From Octopus sinensis (Eukaryota): a stretch of 64,000 nt of DNA. Under the pieces are notes generated by a model, which worked only from the letters and a program-made list of their open reading frames with translations, did not search any database and was not told the DNA's origin. Position numbers and translations under genes: made by a program. The stretch lies in NCBI RefSeq assembly GCF_006345805.1, contig NC_042997.1:32240001-32304000 (forward strand), read 5' to 3'. Shown one piece after another: positions 36,626 to 49,217 of the stretch. Numbering within the stretch: position 1 is the first letter of the stretch; every line of letters begins with the position of its first letter.

Positions 36626-36980
36626 CATCGTCATCATCATTGTTTAACGTTCGCTTTCCATGCTAGCATGGGTTGGACGGTTCAACTGGGGTCTGGGAAG
36701 CCAGAAGGCTGCACCAGGCCCAGTCTGATCTGGCAGTGTTTCTACAGCTGGATGCCCTTCCTAATGCCAACCACTCCGTGAGTGTAGTGGGTGCTTTTTA
36801 CATGCCACCGGCACAGGTGCCAGACGAGGCTGGCAAACGGCCACAATCGGATGGTGCTTTTTGCGTGCCACTGGCACGGAGACCAGACGAAGCTGGCAAT
36901 GGCCACGGTCAGATGGTGCTTTTTACGTGCCACCGGCACGGAAGCCAGTCAGGGCAGCACTGGCTACGGCCACGTTCGGA
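36626..36980 (-). mobile_element. Family A retroposon (three hairpin modules and terminal module)
   Basis: Reverse complement of the module/terminal structure seen at 3850-4300. Confidence 0.88.
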
Positions 36981-37919
36981 TAAGTACTACAATATCAATT
37001 TCAGTCCTTCCTAGCATAAACCTAGAACTCATTAAACTAGGATTTCATGTGTTACTTTTTGTTGATTCTAAATATTTTATTACTACTGATGAGTGATGTT
37101 TTCACCCATCATTAATAGACTGTCTTTCACTATCTCTGGCCCACTGACTCACTCACTACATTGTCTCTTTCTCTAGTTTTAGAAGTGTAACATCCTTAAC
37201 TTTGTGTGTGTGTGTGAATTTTCACCCAAACCGAGATGACTATATGAGTAACTGAAGCAATCTTCTTAGGTTTGTTCTTTTCTTGTTCTTTACTCAACCC
37301 AAACCTCACCCCACAAGTGATTGACTATTTCACTCACTTTCTTGCTGTTGTGAGAAAACAAAAGAATGATTGCCTGAAACTCTGGAAGAAAGATTCTTCC
37401 CACCATTTCCAACCTCATTTCACCACTAAAGAATGCCTTTATGAACCACAGACCCAATAAGTTGTTCTGCCTTTTTAATTTCATTCATCTGGAACTTCTT
37501 GTCTTTTCCCAAGAGCATTTCATCTAACCCTACCTGTTACTTACAAATGAAAATGTCTGTAAGTTACACATATAAAGATAAAGCCACTCACTCAGTATTT
37601 TTGGCCTGCTTTTCTTCCAGTATCACACACACACACACACACACACGCACGCACACGCACACGCACACACACACACGACAAATCACCACCTTCTCCATGT
37701 CACTTATCTCACCAAAATGTGAGTGAGTTCTCTTTTTCCAACTAAACAACAAGACTGGACTTGGCAATGTTTTGTCAATTACTTTCAAACAAACATAAGT
37801 TTACTTAGTGTTGTCAGAATCAATGAATACCCAAGGGTACTTTACCAGGCTTCAGTTTTTTGGGGGTTTTTTCGGAAAGCTTATAATTAGAAAAAAACAA
37901 AAAACAAAGACATTCTTAT

Positions 37920-38600
37920 AACACCTGTTTCCTAAAGATATAACACTTCAAACAATTCACTTCTTAACAACAATAGACATTCCTATGTGGCTGATATCAC
38001 TCTTCAATCACCTTCTTCACACAGGCATCAGCCGCACACAACATCTTGTGGTAGGCATTCACTGCTCTATTGTGAAAACATTTTCCAGTGGGGACATGAC
38101 AACATAGTCACAATACAATCAATACAACCACTACACATATCAAATGAACAGACTCTTTTCATGAACACTCAACTTAAAATCTAAATTTGCTACTGAAACT
38201 AGTAATCACCCTATCTGACCTCTCAAGGCAACTCCACTTGTATGTAACTGCTTCACAAAGACTAAAATTTTTGTATAGGACTTCAGCCCCCCCCCCCCAT
38301 CAATTGTTGATACCCTAAAATAGACCCACACTGGAGAACTGCTCACATAAACGAGAAACTACTACTGCTGCACAAACACTGATGTCAAAAGAAAGCCATT
38401 CAGCTGATTGATAATGATTCATCCGCCAGCATTCTTCAATCACTAGCTCACAGGTGTCTGATATCCTCTCTCTGCCTCTTTTATTAGCGTTGTAATTGAT
38501 TCTACTCTTCTGAACTAGATAACTGCACTGCATATTCCTTCTACTTAGCACTCCTGCTCCCATCACCTTCACTGATTTCCACTTCACAGATTCCCTCCTT
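37920..38600 (+). pseudogene. decayed LINE ORF2 remnant (RT motif region to C-terminal domain; Jockey/I/CR1-like group)
   Basis: Translation pieces HSYVADITLQS (approx. SYADD.TL), ENIFQWGHDNIVT (approx. I..WG..NLV.FN) and KKAIQLIDNDSSASILQSLAHRCLISSLCLFY (approx. K.AIRLI....L...LQSL.HRR...SL.LFY). Stops and frameshifts present. Confidence 0.7.
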
Positions 38601-39598
38601 CCCCCACTTTGTTAATTCCTTCTTTCCCAAGGACTGCAAACTTCAGGAATTCCCTTCTCAAGGAAACTCCTATCAATGAAGCAAATATATGATTCCAGCT
38701 GTGTGTGCATTAATTAATGGTCTAATCTGCAACATTGACAATTGCTTACAATCTTATTTGCTGTATCACATTGAATACAAAATGAGGAAACTGCCAATAC
38801 ACAGTGCAACACATGTAACATATATTGGTAGTGTTATTCTCTTTACTGTTTACTACAGTTATTTATCTGTGGCCATGCTACGATTACATCTATATCAGTA
38901 TTTAGTCAGAAGCTCATTTTATCAAATGACTGAGTTTACTTGAGTTACTTCCCTTTTGCAAACTTAAATACTGCAAAGCTCTCTCTCTCTCCCTCCCTCT
39001 CTCTCTCCCTCCCTCTCTCTCTCCCTCTCTCTCTCTCTCTCTCACACACACACATACAAAGATGGCTTCTGCAGTTCCTGTCTACTGATTGGCTCGCACG
39101 GTATTATTAAACCAGGGGTTATAAAGCAGAAGACACTTGCTTAAAGTACTATACAGTGTGATCAAAGCCAGAACCATGTGGCTGCAAAGTGAACTTCTTA
39201 ACACCACAGCTGTATGCATTCACATCAAAGAACATCTGTATGAGAGCATTCCTCTACTTAAAAATACACTTATTTACTTGTCTTAACTGGAAGATCACCT
39301 AGAGAATCAGCTAATGAAAGTATGAAAGGAATGATCGTTAGGTACCTTAAGCAAGAAATTAACAATCACTGAGCTGTGAAACTTTCATCAGTTTATTGAT
39401 ACTAACGTGTTTACCACTTGGTAAAATCTCTTAACGGCACAATGTTATGTTGGCTGTTATTACTTGTTTCCTGTGTTTCATTGTGTTGGCTTCTATTCTA
39501 AGATATACTTTCCTATTTAACCTGCTTGATAATGACCTACCTGTGTGAGCTCGCCTCTGGTTCTATGATACAAAAACTTCTGTTCACATTTAAATTAA

Positions 39599-39819
39599 CC
39601 CTTTAGCATTCAAACCGGCCATATCCGGCCAGAATATTTAACCTGTTTTATACTGAAACTGACCAGAGCTTGCCTCTTACCTCAGCCCTACCATGTCATT
39701 CTAAAACTAAAAAAACCACATCACTGTAATCTCTAAACTACAAGATAATACATGATTAATTCAAAACAATATAAATAAACAAACATCACATTTGACAGAA
39801 TAATCTGAACACTAAAGGG
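39599..39819. mobile_element. piggyBac-like MITE family 2
   Basis: TTAA at 39595-39598 and 39820-39823; CCCTTTAG...CTAAAGGG; inverted-orientation relative at 59837-60056. Confidence 0.8.
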
Positions 39820-42300
39820 TTAAACCTTTCTATAATAATTTTATGCAAGAACTTGCTATGTTCAAAACACCAGATTAATAATGATAATAATAATAATAAT
39901 AATAATAAAACAACTAATTATTTTACCTTCTTAATTTCCATTCCTTGGACGATTGCAGTAGCTTCCTGCTCAACCCCTCTATATTTCTGGAGAAAGAGAG
40001 GTTGTGAGTGTTTCTCCATAACTGTTTCACACAACACATCATAGTTGATTTAGAGAGGGGTGGGTAGTGAGGAGGGAATAAAAACAGCTGACCACACTAC
40101 TTTATTACTTTGACACCTGTTAGGATGAAAGGCCAAATTGACCGTAGCAGGATTTGGACCCAAATTGCTGAGGACTTGAATACCACCAGGAACTGTATCT
40201 GGCACTTTAACATTCTATCTGCCAGTTCAAAATCTTATTAAACCTTTGATTATTTCAAAATTGAATTGGATTGTAATGCAGTTTGTTTTATCAGAAGTAT
40301 GGTCAAGAAGTTAATAACTCTTCAAAATAATTAACATATTCTAATTTTTTAAAATAACATATTTGCAACCACAAAGTCTATATTTGTTTCTTGTCATTTA
40401 TTTTCTATTTGTATTTTTTTCTCTAGTAATAGCAAAACCCACACTGAAGTAAGCTTCAGTTTTAGTAGGTTAATTTCAAACTTGGTCAACAAAACAAGTA
40501 TTAAAATAGGAATGTTAGTAAAGAATTATTACTTGTGATACTTGATAGGTATGATTAATAGGTGAAAGAAAATTTGTAAATAATAATTATCTTGTCAATT
40601 TTCCAAGGAACCACCCTCTGGTACTTTGATATAAAACATCCAGTTATAAAGTGTTAAATATTTTATGTAACATTCATAAAATTTTTGTTATATGTTCTCA
40701 AACACCAGTTTTAATGTTGCAATTAGTGGTTATCCTAGAAGGAAGCCTCTACATAGTTGTTTGACCTAACAGAAATAGCAACCATATATGTATTAAATTA
40801 CATTCTACCATTCCTAAAAATAGGACTCACTAGATAATGGGGTTCTAGGATACACTGCCTGAGAAAAGATGTGATTCTCAACTTAATATACTGTCAGTCA
40901 TAGTTCAACTTAGGCTGACTGGAGGCTAAGCAACAACAAATTAATGAAAAGTTAGTTAATTTAGGAAATCCTCCAAATTTTTACCCTGCTAATTAACTGA
41001 AAGATAACCTGTGTATTTTATGATAAATATAGTCACCAAAAATGTTCATGATTTGGATGCTTTTTTTCTCGCATTTTAGTAACTCAGCTCCAAGATTACT
41101 TGATATCATAAACAATATATTTACAAATATTCTTTCCATGTAATCACAATTTAGTATCTTTTTTAACAATTTTTTTTTTAAGCTGAAAGAAGGGAATTAC
41201 CAGAATTGGTAACAGTGGTGGACAAAATACCATTCAGTATTTAGTTACATCTCTGTATCTTCTGCTATGGTCGATTTATAACTTTTATCCTTCCATGGTT
41301 GATAAAATAAATAGCAGCCTAGTTCTGAGGTTGATACAGTTGACTGTTCTCTTTCTTTGGAAATTTTGGTCTTGTAATAATACAGATAAGTGGGTAGTGA
41401 GCTGACAGAATCATTAGCATGTTAGACAAAATGCTGAGCAGCTTTTCTTCCAGCTCTTTATTTCTGAGTTCAGATCCTGCCAAGATCAATTTTACATTTC
41501 ATCCCTTTCAGGATAATAAAATAAAAAAATACTGGAATTGATGTAACTGACTTTACCCTTTTCCCTAAATAATTGCTGGCCTTAAACCCTGCAATGGACA
41601 AGCATCCTATTCGGGGGAACATTATGATCTTAGTCACTTTTATGCCATGGAAACAGAGTAACCAGCCTCATGCATCTTAGGGCTTGAGAAAAAAAGTATA
41701 AAGAAGGAAAGAGAGACAGAGAATGAGAGAGAGAATATGAGTATCTGATGGCAGTGGTTATATTACAGTTGTGGGGCGGATAAAATAAAAATACCATTGC
41801 AGCCAAATATTAGAATTAATGTATTCAACAATATCCTCTTCCCTACCAAATTTGTGGTCTTGTACCTATATTAGAAATCAATAATTTCTACTGACCACTA
41901 GGCAAACAAAAATGTTACACATCACACAGCTGCACTTTGTATGGTAATTGATTGTACTAAGACTAATATTCACTCCAGAACCGTTTAAACAGCTGAAACA
42001 TAAGGTACTCTTTAAAAATATTTTTTTTAAATACAGTAGAATGGTAGAATAAGTCATACTAGAAGAAATAACTTTAAAATTAAAGAAAAAAATAAATATG
42101 ATTAGCTAAGGAAATAACTTAAATGAGCCAATGACTGAATTTGGATAAATAAAGTGCAGGCATGGCACTTAACAAATTAGCTTTCCAACCACATGGTTTC
42201 AGGTTCAGTCCCACTAAGTGGTACCTTGGGTTTCTTTTCCTGTAGCTCTAAACCAACCAATTTCATGAGTGAATTTGTAGAGGAAAGTTACAGGTATCTT

Positions 42301-42340
<40 letters not shown>

Positions 42341-42718
42341 CGTAGACGCACACATTTGCATGTGTGAATGTGCATGAATTCTGATGTATGTGAATGCTGA
42401 TATTCCGCATTTGTTACTGCTTGAACAAAATGCTATTAATGTTGACATTCAGTGTTGACCTTATCACCTGTTCATTCAATGCTTTTGATGAACAAAAAAA
42501 AGAAAGATCACTTTCTTTTAAAAAAAGAAAAAAGTAACAGATAACACAGCACGAATAAAAAGTGACACAGCACGAATATTCAACCCTAAAATTCTGCCTG
42601 CCTTCCTGAAATGAATACCTGTCTAACCCATGGAACAATGAATATTAAATAAACAAATGGAGTAAAGGATAATGTGCTGGATGTTGTTTGCAAAAAAATT
42701 CTTAATTGGTCAAAATAT

Positions 42719-42925
42719 ATACTCTTTTAGTCTTTTACCTGTTTCAGTCATTTGACTGTGGCCATGCTGGAGCACCGCATTTAATCGAGCAACTCGACCC
42801 CGGGACTTATTCTTTAGTAAGCACAGTACTTATTCTATCGGTCTCTTTTGCCGAACCGCTAAGTAACGGGGACATAAACACACCAGCATAGGTTGTCAAG
42901 TAATGCTAGGGGGACAAACACAGAC
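42719..42925 (-). mobile_element. SINE family B, 3' half
   Basis: Reverse complement of 1-235 and 26760-26961. Confidence 0.85.
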
Positions 42926-43087
42926 ATATATATAAAAAAAAGAAACAAAGTTAGCAGCACTTGTAAGCAATTCTCAATGAAGAAAGGGTATAATTTCAAG
43001 AAGTTAAAAAACTAATTTCTGAAAGTTAATTTATATGTTTGTGGATGGGGATAGTCTGCTCTTTGTTTGCAGGCAAGGGTTAAGTAT

Positions 43088-43121
43088 GGGCATGTTTCGG
43101 TGTATTAGACCTCATCAGTAT
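43088..43121 (-). ncRNA. hammerhead-ribozyme-like core, probably inactive
   Basis: Minus strand CUGAUGA (43118-43112), GGU-CUAAUAC-ACC, GAAAC, AUG, CC. The core and stem II are intact; the conserved U16.1 appears to be C and stem I is poor. Confidence 0.35.
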
Positions 43122-45533
43122 AGTATACCCATACCAGCATGAAAGACGGATATTGAATGAAGAGAAAGAGACTTCATTATTGCTTGATCAGTTGACAAAG
43201 ATTTTGACATACAGTAAAAGAGTTACAAATAGTTTTGGTCTATATAATATGCAGAATTATAAAGGAAACAAAAAATAGTTATGTTCTTTTCATGTTCTGA
43301 GTTAAAATCATACTCATGTCAATTTTGTTTTACTTGCTTCCTGAGGCAATGAAATAATTACCAGTTAAGATGATTTAATCAACTGTGTCCTCCTCCATCA
43401 TCATATTTATGGCTGTGCCGATGTTAAAAATTGTTATTTAATATATAATAGGAATTTTTTTTTTTTAAATAATTTTTTGGGGAAAAAAATTGAACGGAAA
43501 ATAACTATTTATTCTCTGCCTCTCTCTCTCTCTCTCAATGATCTCTCTTTTTAAACTTGCCCAATTTTTGCCTTTGATTAGCTAATCCAAATCATTTCAC
43601 CCATCTCTTTCTTTCCAAAATCACAACCACAGCTATATCAAATGACTACCACCAGCCCTGTCGCACAATCACAACCACCACTACCACAACTATCTCACCT
43701 CCCAAATTCATAATATCACTTTTCAGTTATTTTTCACTAGATACCTCCCTGCTCACAACCTGTATATTTGTCATTCAAACACTAAACCTCACAAGACTAG
43801 TTGCATAGAAACTGTTTATTCTAAATGATAATCTGCATCTCTTTTTCTTCTGTTCCCACTTTCACATCTTCCCCTTATATCTCCTTCTTCTTTCTCTTTA
43901 CATCCCTCTTCTGATCTCAATAAATTACCTGTTGAGATTAAACATATGTTTAGTTTTATTTGAAAAGAAAGTCATCAGTAAGCTGTCATTATCAGATAAC
44001 AGATGTTACACTTTGGCCCATGCATTCTCACAGTTGCTGTCAGTTTATAATAGCCATTTGAATTCAAGAGTGTGTAAACATACTTCAATCTTCGCTGTAA
44101 AGATTGCTTTCAGGCTCAAACCTAAATTAATGAAAGCATGAAATCAGGAAGCAGCCTATCATGATTTTGAATCTCATTAGACTCTCCGCAATCCTATTTC
44201 AATAACAACATACTCACAGAATCAGACCAAAAGTCTTGAAGCCCTGTAAACATTTTGCTGTTTTTTCTTTTAATGGTTTCAGTTGCTGGACTGTGGTCAT
44301 GCTAGAGCATGACTTGTAAGGTTTTTTTTATTCAGTTATATCGATTCCCCAGTACTTATGATTTGCTATTTGTTTTATTTGAATCTTGTTTGTCTGACTG
44401 CTAAATTAGGTGACACCAATTTTTAGATCGATGTAAACACACATGTACACTGTGCTTATGCATAGTTTTGTTCTGCTGAGTTCCACTCTCAAGGTATTGA
44501 TCAACCCAAATCATATAATAGAATACAGTTGCGCAAAAGTTCTGCACAGTGACATCAAACTGACAACTGTCTGTGTAACCCAAATGAGCATTAATTGAAA
44601 CAGCAATAAATTCGATTTAGCTAAATGATCATAACTTTCCTGACCAATTAGAGAATCTCACCACAGTCACTTCATCTGTTAGAAATACCAGCCAAATCTC
44701 ATCCAGATCAAAATTGGAAAGTCTTACTAGACAATGTAGTCTTAGATATACAATACGATGATACGGTGATGACTGGAACATCTTTGATACTAGACCTGGT
44801 CATTCAGGACTGATTGGGGCTAAACAACGATCATAATTACTACTTTCTGTATGTTACAGAATGCTTGTTTAACTTTTTTGTTTATTATTTTTTAATTATA
44901 TATATATTTTTTATGGTATTTTATTCTTCTCAGTACTGGGAGTACTTGACAAGTAGATTTGAAGGCATTCTAGGGAGTCTTACTAGTCTACTTCCTCACC
45001 ACACGCTTGCTTTAACATAGGTTTTACCCTAGAACATTATCAACACAGCAAGACTAATTATGTTTACACACACATAATTAGATCATGTAATATGCTGTCT
45101 GAGGGGGAAAGTAGTATTATTAATGTTAAGTTAGAACCCAAAGAAGAGACAGGTTGAGTGGCAGTGGTGGTGGGGAATAGTTAGAGTTATCACTTGCAGG
45201 TAAAGACACAATGTTAACACAAGTAACCTATAGGAATTTCAAAAATAAACTAACAAAGAAGGGAAAAAAAAACTGTTAATCATTTTATCACTCCCCAGAA
45301 TCAGTAGATCTGACTATTAATTTTGTTTTCAATAAATTGGAGCCTGAGAGACAAATCTTCTGTTGGTAATTATACTAGTTTGTTGCAAGCAACTTTCCTA
45401 GAAAATCTTTTTATTTATTTCTAACAGTATTACTTGTCTTGGAATTTCCAGCAGTTCCTCAATAACCTTATTAGTTTCAACATATGATATAATAATAAAA
45501 GGGGGTTCACTTTCATATATAGTTCACTCTCTT

Positions 45534-45790
45534 GTGGAGGCACATGGCTTAGTGGTTAGGGTGTTGGACTCATGATCGTAAGATTGTGATTTCGATTCCT
45601 GGACCACAGGTAATGTGTTATGTTCCTGAGCAAAACACTTCATTTCACATTGCTCCAGTCCACTCAGCTGGCAAAAATGAGTGATTCTGTGATGAATGGG
45701 CATCCCCTCCAGGTGGGGAATATATACACGCTATGGAAACCAGGAAACTAACCCTCATGAGTCAGTATGGATCAAGAGGGAAACTTTACC
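45534..45790 (+). mobile_element. tRNA-derived SINE
   Basis: GTGGAGGCACATGGCTTAGTGGTTAGGGTGTTGGACTCATGATCGTAAGATTGTGATTTCGATTCCTGG (A and B boxes), then CTGAGCAAAACACTTCATTTCACATTGCTCCAGTCCACTCAGCTGG. Confidence 0.75.
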
Positions 45791-46539
45791 TTTTTCACTC
45801 TCTTCATAGTCTGTGCATTGACAAAATCATTGAATTGTTGTGTAGAATTGCTTGCTGTATTCATTTGGTTGTGTAGAATTTGCTTGCTGTATTCATTTGT
45901 GTTCCCAGCTCAAATCTTGAAGTCATCATTAATTTTCATCATTTTGAGGTAAACAAATAAAGTACCAATATTCCCTTTGATTTTTCCTTTTTTGTTTCTC
46001 TTCCTCACTGGTTGCTCCCTGTAGTTTAAAGGTCCTGCTTTCTCAATTGGTATCATGCTGAATTTGACTTAAGAATTGCATTAAGGGTAGATGTATATGT
46101 GGAATAACCACAACCACTTACACATTGATTTGATGATTAGAAATTCCATTGGTCAGACAACTGAATACACATCATTGAAACTGATGGAGGTTTGACTGCA
46201 GTAGTCATTTCTGTTGTAACTCTTCTGCAAAAACTTGCCTGTAGCATAAGGGAAACCATTAAACAAACTCAAAAGTACTTGCATTAAATTCAACTGAAAG
46301 CATTTATTTTTTTTATTTTTGCAATGCAGAGTCTCTCATATTTTTATTGACAAATGCACATGACAAAAATGTATATAAAATCCATGCTGAAACAGTTAAC
46401 AGTAAGATAAAATGTTTTGTACAAAATGCAGCAGAACATAATTTCATTTGTACTTTTTTCTCTAATATTTGTGAAAGTTGGAATCAAATAGAACCTGCTC
46501 TGTATTCAGTTCATATATTACCACACACACAGGGGCACA

Positions 46540-46885
46540 GGCATGGGTTGCGGTTAAGAAACTCACTTTCCAATCATGTGGTGCCATGTTCAGTCCCATT
46601 CACAGCACCTCGAGCAAATGTCTTCTGTTACACCTCTGAGCTGACCTAAGCAATGTGAGTGGATTTGGTAGATGGAATATATAAGAAACCTATCGTGTGT
46701 ATGTGTGTCCTTGTCTTGATATCATTGTTGTAAATGAGCATCACCTTCATAGAAACAGTGTCATTTGTTTCCGATTTTCCATGTAAATTATATTTAGGTA
46801 TGGAGGAAATATTACCTTGCTTGGAAACAGGCGAGGGTTGACAATAGGAAGGGCATCCAGCCATAGAAATTTTGCCTCACCTATG
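46540..46885 (+). mobile_element. SINE family F
   Basis: CORE-like head, internal TG run, tail GGAAATATTACCTTGCTTGGAAACAGG...AGGAAGGGCATCCAGCC. Confidence 0.7.
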
Positions 46886-46942
46886 CAAGGCAAGTATGGA
46901 AGAGTGAAGATTAAGATAGTGTGTGAATTATCTTGCCATACA

Positions 46943-47512
46943 GGAATAGCTGTGTAATAAGAATCTTGCTTCCCCGACACATGGTTCCCGGTTCAGTCCC
47001 ATTGTGTGGCATTTTGGGCAAGTATTTTCTACTGCAGCCTCTGGCTGACCAAAATCGTATGAGTGGATTTGGTAACAGAAACTGAAAGAAGCCTGTGCCA
47101 GGCGGTGAGCTGGCAGAAACGTTAGCACGCTGGGCGAAATGCATAGCCACATTTCGTCTGCCGTTACGTTCTGAGTTCACATTCCACCGAGGTCGACTTT
47201 GCCCTTCATCCTTTCGGGGTCGATATAATCGACTTAATCTGTTTGTCTGTCCTTGTTTGTCCTCTCTGTGTTTAGCACCTTGTGGGTAGTAAAGAAATAA
47301 GAAACTGAAAGATGCCTATCGTATGTGTGTGTATATGTGTCTCACCACCACTTGACAACTGGTGTTGGTGTGTTTATGACCCCATAACTTAACAGTTTAG
47401 CAAAAGAGACCAATAGAATTAGTACCAGGCTTAAAAAATAAAAAAGTTCTGGGATTGATTCATTAGACTAAAATATGGCCATAGTCTAATGACTGAAACA
47501 AGTAAAAGAATA
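46943..47512 (+). mobile_element. SINE family B copy interrupted by a family C insertion
   Basis: Head 46943-47094 and body 47318-47512 are collinear with 26561-26961. Confidence 0.75.
47101..47299 (+). mobile_element. SINE family C nested in family B, with 18-bp TSD
   Basis: TSD AGAAACTGAAAGAAGCCT (47077-47094) / AGAAACTGAAAGATGCCT (47300-47317); A and B boxes present. Confidence 0.88.
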
Positions 47513-48209
47513 CAAGCCAAAGCAAATCAGCTCAAAGTGAGCCAATGATCAAGCCTCTATGTGGTCAATTAACTTGCAAGAAATAGCAACCATATCCCTT
47601 TTACACAATACTGTTTTTCAAATCAGGAGGACTAGACACTTTAACACTACTTGACTTCACCTTTAACAGGGTAACTGTCAACTTGACCCTAGTTCATCTG
47701 TGAGTGAATGTGTGTATAGAATTTCCTCAAATCTGATTCCTCTTCAGTTCACCAAAGCATTGTGAATGTCTACTTGTTGAAAAAGGTTAAATAAATTCTT
47801 AATTAATTTCACCAAGGTCATATGACACCACTCAATCACTAGTCCCCTTCCACACACACCTACCTTTTATTTTTCTTAAAGTAATTAGATATTTCTCTGA
47901 TGTACTTAGTAGTAGTAGTAGTGTTTGAAGTTAGGACACTGAGGTCAGTAATTCAGTGTCTGAAGCTTAAAGCAAAAATAAACATAGAATTAAAGAAAAC
48001 TACACTGGTTCCAGCTGTTGCATTTCATCTATTTTGTAGATAAGGAAAAGATAAGCTGCTAAGAAAAGATGTGACTGTGTTCCAGTTATTGCTGAGGTTT
48101 AGTTACAAACGGTACATTTCAGGAAGATCTATGATTGAAAATATTCCAGTCATGACCATCCAACTTTTTCTTAGACTATAGTTATTTATGATACATTTAG
48201 CTTATATAT

Positions 48210-48620
48210 CTCTTTACTCTCTTTTACTCTTTTACTTGTTTCAGTCATTTGACTGCGGCCATGCTGGAGCACCGCCTTTAGTCGAGCAAATCGACCCCGG
48301 GACTCATTCTTTTTGTAAGCCCAGTACTTATTCTATCGGTCTCTTTTTGCCGAACCGCTAAGTGACGGGGACGTAAACACACCAGCATCGGTTGTCAAGC
48401 AATGCTAGGGGGACGAACACAAACACACACATACATACACACACACATATATATATATATATACGACAGGCTTCTTTCAGTTTCCGTCTACCAAATCCAC
48501 TCACAAGGCATTGGTCGGCCCGGGGCTATAGCAGAAGACACTTGCCCAAGATGCCATGCAGTGGGACTGAACCCGGAACCCTGTGGTTGGTTAGCAAGCT
48601 ACTTACCACACAGCCACTCC
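48210..48620 (-). mobile_element. SINE family B, young full-length copy
   Basis: Near-identical reverse complement of 26561-26961, with (AAAAGAGT)n-like tail. Confidence 0.9.
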
Positions 48621-48711
48621 TTCATTTTATTTTATTTTATTTTCCTAATGATAGCATGTGTTTTGATGGAGATTTACCCCTTTGGCAGTTTTGAATCTTT
48701 GTTGTATAGGT

Positions 48712-49046
48712 GCAGGTGTGACTGTGTAGGTAAGAAGCTTGCTCCCTGACCTTTGGTTCAGTCCCACTGCATGGCATCTTGGACTAGTGTCTTCTGCTGT
48801 ACCCAGGCCCAATCAAAGCATTGCGAGTATAGACATCATGTGATGGTTGTAAGGGAGCATTATCATCATATAAATGAAGTTATTTGTTTTCAGTCTTCAG
48901 TGAAAAACATGTCTGGTCACAGGAAGATATTACCTAGCTTCAAAACAGATGAGGATTAGTGACAGGAAGGGTATCCAGCTGTAAAAAATCTCCACCAGCA
49001 AATTCTGTCTGACCTGTGCAAGCATGGTCATTAAATGGTCATGGTG
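48712..49046 (+). mobile_element. SINE family F
   Basis: Head GTGTGACTGTGTAGGTAAGAAGCTTGC...GGTTCAGTCCCACTGC, tail ACAGGAAGGGTATCCAGCTGTAAAAAATC...TGTGCAAGCATGG. Confidence 0.7.
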
Positions 49047-49161
49047 TATGTTTGCTCATTTCTCTTCAAACTGATAATGTTTCCCTCCCTTCCCCTTGAA
49101 ATAAAATGGTATAAATGTAACAATCACCACTCTGATAATAGATAAAGCACTTTAATGCCTA

Positions 49162-49164
<3 letters not shown>

Positions 49165-49216
<52 letters not shown>
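49165..49216. repeat. (TA)n microsatellite
   Basis: Directly visible. Confidence 0.95.

Positions 49217-49217
<1 letters not shown>

Noticed and set aside
37512-37570. Apparent exons on both strands (45 nt on +, 12 nt on -)
   Set aside because: CTGTAAGT reads as a donor on one strand and an acceptor on the other, so the signals are not independent; no further support.
46120-46245. Minus-strand exon-like segment with GTAAGT donor
   Set aside because: Stops in all frames, and the donor lies inside a decayed family D tail.
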